Of a DNA stretch of 5,359 nucleotides, positions 1-5,359 are shown in pieces (the stretch's first letter is position 1; the number at the start of each line of letters is the position of its first letter). Location of the stretch: positions 1-5,359 of the forward strand of contig JAKLZA010000043.1 in NCBI GenBank assembly GCA_030704615.1, in the 5' to 3' direction. The notes under the pieces were generated by a model. It did not search any database. It saw only the letters and a program-made list of their open reading frames with translations, and was not told where the DNA came from. The position numbers and the translations under genes are program-made. This DNA is from Takakia lepidozioides (Eukaryota > Plantae > Bryophyta).

Positions 1-750
1 ATTTCCATCCAGCAGGTAAGTGGAATCTCGGATGGATGGAGATTCGGCGCCGAATTTCCATCCAGCAGGTAAGTCGGATCGGTGCCATATGGATATTCGG
101 CGCCGAATTTCCATCCTGCAGGTAATTCGAATCGTGGATGAATGGAAATTCGGCGCCGAATTTCCATCCAGCAGGTAAGTCGGATCGGTGCCATATGGAT
201 ATTCGGCGCCGAATTACCATCCTGCACGTAATTCGAATCGTGGATGAATGGAAATTCGGCGCCGAATTTCCATCCAGCAGGTAAGTCGGATCGGTGCCAT
301 ATGGATATTCGGCGCCGAATTTCCATTCATCCACGATTCGAATTACGTGCAGGATGGTAATTCGGCGCCGAATATCCATATGGCACCGATCCGACTTACC
401 TGCTGGATGGAAATTCGGCGCCGAATTTCCATTCATCCACGATTCGAATTACCTGCACGATGGAAATTCGGCGCCGAATTTCCATCCAGCAGGTAAGTCG
501 GATCGGTGCCATATGGATATTCGGCGCCGAATTTCCATCGTGCAGGTAATTCGAATCGTGGATGAATGGAAATTCGGCGCCGAATTTCCATCCAGGAGGT
601 AAGTCGGATCGGTGCCATATGGATATTCGGCGCCGAATTTCCATCGTGCAGGTGATTCGAATCGTGGATGAATGGAAATTCGGCGCCGAATTTCCATCCA
701 GGAGGTAAGTCGGATCAGTGCCGTATGGATATTCGGCGCCGGATTTCAAC
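1..750. repeat. Left palindrome array: 26-bp palindrome P (ATGGA[A/T]ATTCGGCGCCGAATTTCCAT) plus a 27-bp spacer, exact 53-bp period, spacers alternating A/B (106-bp higher-order unit); truncated at the window start
   Basis: Central GGCGCC starts at 46, 99, 152, 205, 258, 311, 364, 417, 470, 523, 576, 629, 682 and 735 (all +53), and a partial copy ends at 8. Spacer A = CCAGCAGGTAAGTCGGATCGGTGCCAT; spacer B = C[C/G]TGCAGGTAATTCGAATCGTGGATGA. Confidence 0.97.
314..472 (-). repeat. Inverted 159-bp (3 x 53) block inside the left array, with breakpoints in palindromes
   Basis: Spacers 327-353, 380-406 and 433-459 are reverse complements of B, A and B. Palindrome 354-379 is the exact reverse complement of the variant palindrome at 195-220. 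Confidence 0.95.
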
Positions 751-772
751 TCGCCATTTATTTCTGAGCGAG

Positions 773-892
773 GAATTACCTTCGTGCAGGTAATTCCCAT
801 ATAAGAATTACCTTCGTGCAGGTAATTTGCATACAAGAATTACCTTTGTGCAGGTAATTTCCAGATGACAATTACCTTCCTGCAGGTAATTC
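773..892 (+). repeat. Four copies of 24-bp dyad Q (GAATTACCT-tcgtgc-AGGTAATTC) at 32-bp period
   Basis: Copies start at 773, 805, 837 and 869. Each has 9-bp inverted arms and a 6-bp asymmetric core, separated by 8-bp variable linkers (CCATATAA, GCATACAA, CCAGATGA). Confidence 0.95.
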
Positions 893-915
893 CAATCGAT
901 GTTTATTCTCGTCCA

Positions 916-1034
916 GAATTACCTGCACAAGGTAATTCTCATCTGGAAATTACCTGCATGAAGGTAATTCTTGTATGTGAATTACCTGCACGAAGGTAAT
1001 TCTTATATGGGAATTACCTGCACGGAGGTAATTC
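916..1034 (-). repeat. Four copies of dyad Q in the opposite orientation (GAATTACCT-gcacga-AGGTAATTC) at 32-bp period
   Basis: Copies start at 916 (1 nt shorter core), 947, 979 and 1011. The linkers mirror those of 773-892. Confidence 0.95.
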
Positions 1035-1109
1035 CTCGCTCAGAAATAAATGGCGAATCGAAATTCGGCGCCGAATATCCATATGGCACCGATCCGACTT
1101 ACCTGCAGG

Positions 1110-2090
1110 ATGGAAATTCGGCGCCGAATTACCTGCTTGAAGGAAATTTGGCGAACCGCCCTACCTGCGCGGATGGAAATTCGGCGCCGGATTTCCATCC
1201 GCGCGCATCCGAATTACCTGCTTGAAGGAAATTTGGCGCACCGCCCTACCTGCGCGGATGGAAATTCGGCGCCGGATTTCCATCCGGGCGCATCCGAATT
1301 ACCTGCGCGGATGGAAATTCGGCGCCGGATTTCCATTTTGGCGCATCCGAATTACCTGCTTGAAGGAAATTTGGCGCACCGCCATCCTACGCGGATGGAA
1401 ATTCGCGCCGGATTTCCATCCGCGCGCATCCGAATTACCTGCGCGGATGGAAATTCGGCGCCGGATTTCCATTTTGGCGCATCCGAATTACCTGCTTGAA
1501 GGAAATTTGGCGCACCGCCATCCTACGCGGATGGAAATTCGGCGCCGGATTTCCATCCGCGCGCATCCGAATTACCTGCGCGGATGGAAATTCGGCGCCG
1601 GATTTCCATTTTGGCGCATCCGAATTACCTGCTTGAAGGAAATTTGGCGCACCGCCATCCTACGCGGATGGAAATTCGGCGCCGGATTTCCATCCGCGCG
1701 CATCCGAATTACCTGCTTGAAGGAAATTTGGCGCACCGCCCTACCTGCGCGGATGGAAATTCGGCGCCGGATTTGCATCCGGGCGCATCCGAATTACCTG
1801 CGCGGATGGAAATTCGGCGCCGGATTTCCATCCGCGCGCATCCGAATTACCTGCTTGAAGGAAATTTGGCGCACCGCCATCCTACGCGGATGGAAATTCG
1901 GCGCCGGATTTCCATCCGCGCGCATCCGAATTACCTGCGCGGATGGAAATTCGGCGCCGGATTTCCATCCGCGCGCATCCGAATTACCTGCTTGAAGGAA
2001 ATTTGGCGAACCGCCCTACCTGCGCGGATGGAAATTCGGCGCCGGATTTCCATCCGCGCGCTTCCGAATTACCTGCGTGAGGGAAATTCC
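1110..2090. repeat. Right palindrome array: variant P' (ATGGAAATTCGGCGCCGGATTTCCAT) in short (53-bp) and long (84/85-bp) units
   Basis: P' starts at 1173, 1258, 1311, 1395 (1-nt deletion), 1447, 1531, 1584, 1668, 1753, 1806, 1890, 1943 and 2028. The long unit is the short unit plus a 31/32-bp module AGGAAATTTGGCGCACCGCC(CTACCTG/ATCCTA)CGCGG. The array degenerates at ~2080-2090. Confidence 0.96.
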
Positions 2091-2480
2091 GGGACTGTTT
2101 TCGTCTATTTTCTTCCGACATGGAGGGCTTCATCCGACATTTAATTGCGCAGTTGGGCAATAAATGTCGACGGCCGTCGCTTATTATTCGGGCTGGCGAC
2201 GCATGGCTTCCTGGACACGTACCCTAAATCTCATGCTATACTTGGCTTAACATGGTATTCCAGGCATGTACCCCAAAAAAGGAGATCTTTTTGGCTGGGA
2301 CTTATGCCGCCTGAAGGGCGTGGCTCTCCTGAGAGAGACCTCAGATCCAGACCGCGGCGGAAGTTGAAAGCTCTGTACTACGGACGACGGCCAATCTCTC
2401 GCATGGCCAAACTGAAGCTCCAGCAGGAGATTCCAGTGTCTTGCTCACAACCTGCGCCAACTGAAGCCGAGTACTCTCAG

Positions 2481-2827
2481 GCAAGCCACTTCTGCTTTCG
2501 GTTTGTTCGATTTCTTTTTTGCTTTCGCTTCGTTACCTCGCTTTGTTTCTGCATCTTCATCCTGGCTTTGCTTTATGAGTGAACTTTAGATAGTTGACTG
2601 AACCTTAGATTGTTTGCAATGCGTGTGCAAATCCGGCAGCTCTGGAGAAGGCTGCTTGTGCATGTCATTCTTAGGCAATGGTTGCATTTGTTTTCATTGT
2701 TGTTGCATGGCTCTCCATACTTCCTAAACTTGTTATGTTTTCATTTTTGCTACATGATTGCTGCTATGGTGGTTGCGCTGCTGCTTTTTGCACCACTGTT
2801 GGTGTTCACGATTTTTGTCAATCACAG
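2481..2827 (+). other. Intron 1 (non-canonical GC-AG, phase 0)
   Basis: Donor CAG|GCAAGC, an abrupt switch to T-rich sequence, and acceptor TTTTTGTCAATCACAG|AGT. It joins the 2145-frame and 2678-frame ORFs in frame. Confidence 0.7.
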
Positions 2828-3839
2828 AGTGACGACGAGCCCGGCACGCTGGTGGTATCATCGACAGCTCCAACTCATCGCATGTTTGAATCGCCCAACT
2901 TGGGGCGAGAGGGCAAACTTAAATCTTTTGTTGGTGGACGGGAGGACTTGCAACGAGATTACGATAGAGTAGGCATTGGGGAGGTTGGTGCAGGCGGCAT
3001 GGCAGGTGAAGGGCGTGAGGACATGAGGACAGCAGATCCGGCAATGGAGGTTGTTCATGCACATGCAGTAGGGCCCGCCCACGCAAAGAAAAAGAAGAAA
3101 GCTAAGCACATGCAATCCCCGGCGAGAGAGCAGTCACGGGCTGCGGAGGGGGGAGTGAGCAGTGCGCGCGAGGGTGTCAGTTCGCCTCAATCAAAGGTGG
3201 TCGTCCTGGAGGGCTCCCCTGTTGCTAGCCCTAGTAAGAAACAGAAAGCCCGTGAGAGGGCAAAAGAGAGGGCAAAAGAACAGACGAGACAGAATGCTAG
3301 CAAGGAGGAAAGACAAAAGGCAGCTGAAGAGGCCGGGGTGCCCAAATGACAGATGCCAATGTAAGCGAGGGACACACAGAGACGGTGGATCCCTACAAGA
3401 CACCACAGAGAGAGCAGCAGTAGCACACCGGTTAGACCATCGCGGGCAAGTGCAGCCCCCGCAATTACCCATACGGTGGAGAGTGGAGGAGAGGAAAGAA
3501 CACCTGAAAGAGCACCGATTGTGCAAGTTCGAGGGTGAAGCCAGGGAGAGGGCAGTAGAGACGACGAGAGTGCTGGAGGTGGTTTCGCAGGTGGCTGACC
3601 CTGTTGAGGAGGACGACATGGATGTTTCTGACCAGGATGACATTCTCCCGGACATCCCCAGGCCCCAACCCGGAGCATACAGGCTGGATTGGCGGTCTTG
3701 GTGGGCTGCCGGAAAACCCCTCGCAGCAGACGTCATGTCTGAGGCGGATATGAAGTTGGCCGCTGCCAAGATGTTGGAGCAACCCACAGCAACATTGGCA
3801 GGGTGCTGGGGGGGCATGGTGTACCCGGCCAAGCTTCGA

Positions 3840-4271
3840 ATTCCCCTTGCCGCTTGGTGTCATTGCAGGTGGTGAGACCTGCCCTCCCAGGCGATATCGA
3901 CAAGCTGAAATTCTCTTTCCGGGATGGATATCGAATGGGGTCTGCCGCCTTTTACGTTTCCATTGAGAACGACCACGGAGCTTCCCGTGCCCACACTTCC
4001 GATGAGGTGGACAAATGGGGTCCCCATTGGCAAACGCGAAATGAGGAGGAGTTCGAGAGATCGATTGCTAGTGATCCTCTTTCCAGCACATGTCCGGTAA
4101 GATGTTCTACGTGTGGGACGGCAATCATCGCCTCCTGGCATGGATGGAGCACATTGCCCAAGCCCACCCCAACGATCTCGATTGGCATTTCGCCGTCGAT
4201 TGTGTTGTGCTGAAGGTTGCGGGGCCCAAAGATCGCAGTCTTCTCAAAGCTGCAATGGCCGACATCAACTC
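3840..4271 (+). CDS. ParB/Srx-fold (ParB N-terminal, nucleotide-binding) domain-coding segment, reconstructed across two 1-nt frameshifts
   Basis: Reconstruction: IP(L)CRLVSLQVVRPALPGDIDKLKFSFRDGY...DP(L)FQHMSGKMFYVWDGNHRLLAWMEH...VDCVVLK...LLKAAMADINS. The order matches ParB box I (IxLxxI..PR..LxxLxxSIxxxG), box II (GxxRxxA), the following strand, and the helix ending in a conserved Asn. Recognised by eye; no HMM was run. Confidence 0.72.
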
Positions 4272-4389
4272 GTAAGCTACAACCCCTCTCGCTTTTGGAC
4301 TTTGAATTTGGAAGTCATTTCATTGCGAATCCTCATATATGATGAAAATTCCCATTTCAGTATTGTTTGATGGAAATGTGGCACTGCAG
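4272..4389 (+). other. Intron 2 (GT-AG, phase 2)
   Basis: Donor TC|GTAAGC, AT-rich body, acceptor CACTGCAG|G. It restores the frame DINS-VTENAFIATNL; the alternative AG at 4360 leads to an immediate stop. Confidence 0.85.
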
Positions 4390-4579
4390 GGTGACTGAGA
4401 ATGCCTTCATTGCCACCAACTTGTCCCATATGCTCTTCCGAGTGAAGGATGTCGGGAGGGCAGGGGTGGAAGAGTTTGCCAATTCCCTCAGTGCCGACCT
4501 CCTGCGCAAGTCGGAGGCAAAGGCAGACAGAACCTGGTATAGGCTGAGCGTCGACGCCATGGTGGACTACATATTTCGG

Positions 4580-4679
4580 GTTAAAGCTCCTGCAGTTTTG
4601 TTGAGCTAATTTGTCTCTCCTCCCAATAGAAGAAATTGTGTGAGCAGGATCTCTAATCTTATGTGCTGCTTTTCGACAG
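4580..4679 (+). other. Intron 3 (GT-AG, phase 0)
   Basis: Donor CGG|GTTAAA, branch-like CTAAT at 4653-4657, acceptor TGCTTTTCGACAG|ACG. The downstream frame is open (TKIQQDLAHAERFYMES). Confidence 0.7.
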
Positions 4680-4966
4680 ACGAAAATACAGCAGGATTTG
4701 GCACATGCGGAGAGGTTCTACATGGAGTCAGAGGAGAAGAATCCAACCCTCCCGGAACTCGAATCGTATGTCAAAAGCTGCGGAGGTGAGGGCCGCACGA
4801 ATTAAAGTCAAGTCGGATGGTAAAGTACGTGGCCATAGCTGATCCCGCCCTTGGTGCCGACTTTCTGGTGGAGGTGGGAAAGCACTACTCTCGCGCTCTG
4901 AAGCCCACGATGACATTGGAGAAGCTCCATCGTCTAGCCACATCCTGTGTGGATGCAACAGAAAAG

Positions 4967-5049
4967 GTGATACATTCTTAACCAAATTGTGGTGGCAACA
5001 ACTCCTTTTTGTGGTGTTTGGCGCTTACGAATATGCTGGGGTTGGACAG
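4967..5049 (+). other. Probable intron 4 (GT-AG, phase 0)
   Basis: Donor AAG|GTGATA lies just before an in-frame stop, the body is T-rich, and the acceptor is GGACAG|ACC. The polypyrimidine tract is weak. Confidence 0.55.
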
Positions 5050-5173
5050 ACCCGGTGGCTCCAAATCTGGAATGGTTACCAAAGTACCGGGACATGTGGA
5101 GCTTCCCCAAACCGGACAAACTCTCTGACCCCACATTCGACATGGGATGAACCGCATGACATGGTGGTTTCAG

Positions 5174-5269
5174 GTACTTCCCCACGCTTCGGTGGGGCTT
5201 GTACTCTAGTAGGGGGGTTGATTCATTGTATTTTTGAGGGGAAAGCGATCTGATGGACAATCTCCACAG
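5174..5269 (+). other. Probable intron 5 (GT-AG, phase 0)
   Basis: Donor CAG|GTACTT, branch-like CTGAT at 5250-5254, acceptor TCTCCACAG|GTG. Confidence 0.65.
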
Positions 5270-5359
5270 GTGACGACGAATGCGCAAGAGCAGCTGGACA
5301 CACAAGCACATCAGTTCAAGATGGAGAATCTCCTGCAGCAGAGAGCCGGGTGACTATGT

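Larger units (their letters stand above)
677..1130. repeat. Long inverted repeat: arms 677-892 (216 bp) and 916-1130 (215 bp), with a 23-bp unique loop at 893-915
   Basis: The reverse complement of 916-1130 aligns to 677-892 with scattered substitutions and one indel, including the non-repetitive segment TCGCCATTTATTTCTGAGCGAG / CTCGCTCAGAAATAAATGGCGA. Loop = CAATCGATGTTTATTCTCGTCCA. Confidence 0.96.
2304..5353 (+). pseudogene. Multi-exon gene for a ParB/Sulfiredoxin-like domain protein with a low-complexity, basic N-terminus; ~9 frameshifts (pseudogene or assembly indels). Proposed exons: 2304 (or 2403)-2480, 2828-4271, 4390-4579, 4680-4966, 5050-5173, 5270->=5353; may continue past the window
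   Basis: Consecutive + strand ORF fragments join into a coherent protein when spliced at phase-compatible sites: EAEYSQ|SDDEPG, ADINS|VTENAF, DYIFR|TKIQQD, DATEK|TRWLQI, TWWFQ|VTTNAQ. The DGNHRLLAW motif lies at 4117-4143. The start codon and the 3' end (TGA 5351-5353) are uncertain. Confidence 0.75.
916..5359 (+). mobile_element. Putative left end of a large DNA mobile element (long terminal IR, subterminal repeat array, first cargo gene), abutting the opposite end of another copy (1-892)
   Basis: Based on architecture only: mirror arms, polarised subterminal-type repeats, and a gene of prokaryotic/mobile-element domain type. No transposase, TSD or canonical terminus is visible. Confidence 0.35.

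Noticed and set aside
12-710. Repeated CAGGTAAGT perfect splice-donor consensus in spacer A
   Set aside because: It is a variant of the GCAGGTAATTC repeat half-site, with no matching acceptors or exon structure.
1-750. CRISPR array (palindromic repeat with constant-length spacers)
   Set aside because: The spacers are not unique (two alternating types that are also related to each other), some are inverted, there is no leader or cas gene, and the context is eukaryotic.
677-1130. Stand-alone MITE or foldback element
   Set aside because: The arms continue seamlessly into the flanking arrays with no discrete outer termini or TSD, and the symmetry fits a junction or centre better than an insertion.
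2081-2090. GGGAAATTCC, a perfect NF-kB-like site
   Set aside because: It is the degenerate last copy of the repeat core, and nothing supports an animal regulatory context.
1-2090. Bacterial REP/BIME array or integron attC cassettes
   Set aside because: There is no GTAG/GGAG REP foot, no RAYT or integrase gene and no RYYYAAC..GTTRRRY boxes, and the neighbouring gene is spliced.
248-2144. ORFs on both strands within the repeats (MEIRRRISI..., WKFGAEFP..., DGNSAPNFH...)
   Set aside because: These are translations of the stop-poor palindromic repeat. The same peptides appear in all frames and on both strands, and most unit lengths are not multiples of 3.
2221-2228. ACCCTAAA telo-box or plant telomere-like motif; also an AT-rich AATAAAT near 2159
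   Set aside because: These are single short, imperfect matches expected by chance, so a promoter cannot be located from sequence alone.
2481-2827. Hydrophobic or TM-like ORF segments (end of 2145..2582; starts of 2610..2972 and 2678..3349)
   Set aside because: The F/L/C/V-rich translation reflects T-rich intron sequence bounded by phase-compatible splice sites.
3254-3277. 12-bp tandem duplication GAGAGGGCAAAA x2
   Set aside because: It is an ordinary in-frame duplication (ERAK ERAK) in a low-complexity coding region.
2858-5311. Minus-strand ORFs (2858..3115, 3187..3678, 3191..3832, 3465..3863, 3860..4141, 4934..5311 and others)
   Set aside because: They are antisense shadows of the + strand gene with no recognisable motifs, and the splice signals are all on the + strand.

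Overview
This window looks like eukaryotic DNA, probably from a non-seed land plant (inferred from spliceosomal introns, CpG-deamination signatures and a recalled resemblance to uncharacterised bryophyte/lycophyte proteins). It has two parts. (1) Positions 1-2090 are a highly ordered non-coding repeat complex. A 26-bp palindrome (ATGGAAATTCGGC|GCCGAATTTCCAT) recurs every 53 bp on the left, with alternating 27-bp spacers and one cleanly inverted 159-bp block. A ~215-bp-arm inverted repeat centred near 904 carries 4+4 copies of a second 24-bp dyad at 32-bp period. On the right is a mirror-polarity array of 53- and 84/85-bp units. The within-array periods are near-integer helical turns, and all motifs share the core GAATT(A/T)CC. 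(2) From ~2304 to the window end is a + strand multi-exon gene. It has an NLS-like low-complexity N-terminus and a ParB/Sulfiredoxin-fold domain (IPLCRLV..VRP..IDKLKFSFRDG..YVWDGNHRLLAW..AMADINS). About 9 frameshifts break it, mostly in homopolymers, so it is either a pseudogene or affected by long-read assembly error. The main hypothesis is that a spliced ParB-like gene beside a phased, bilaterally symmetric palindrome array marks the end or end-to-end junction of a large undescribed mobile element, or a parS/ParB-like system in a eukaryote. No transposase, recombinase or cas gene is visible in the window.
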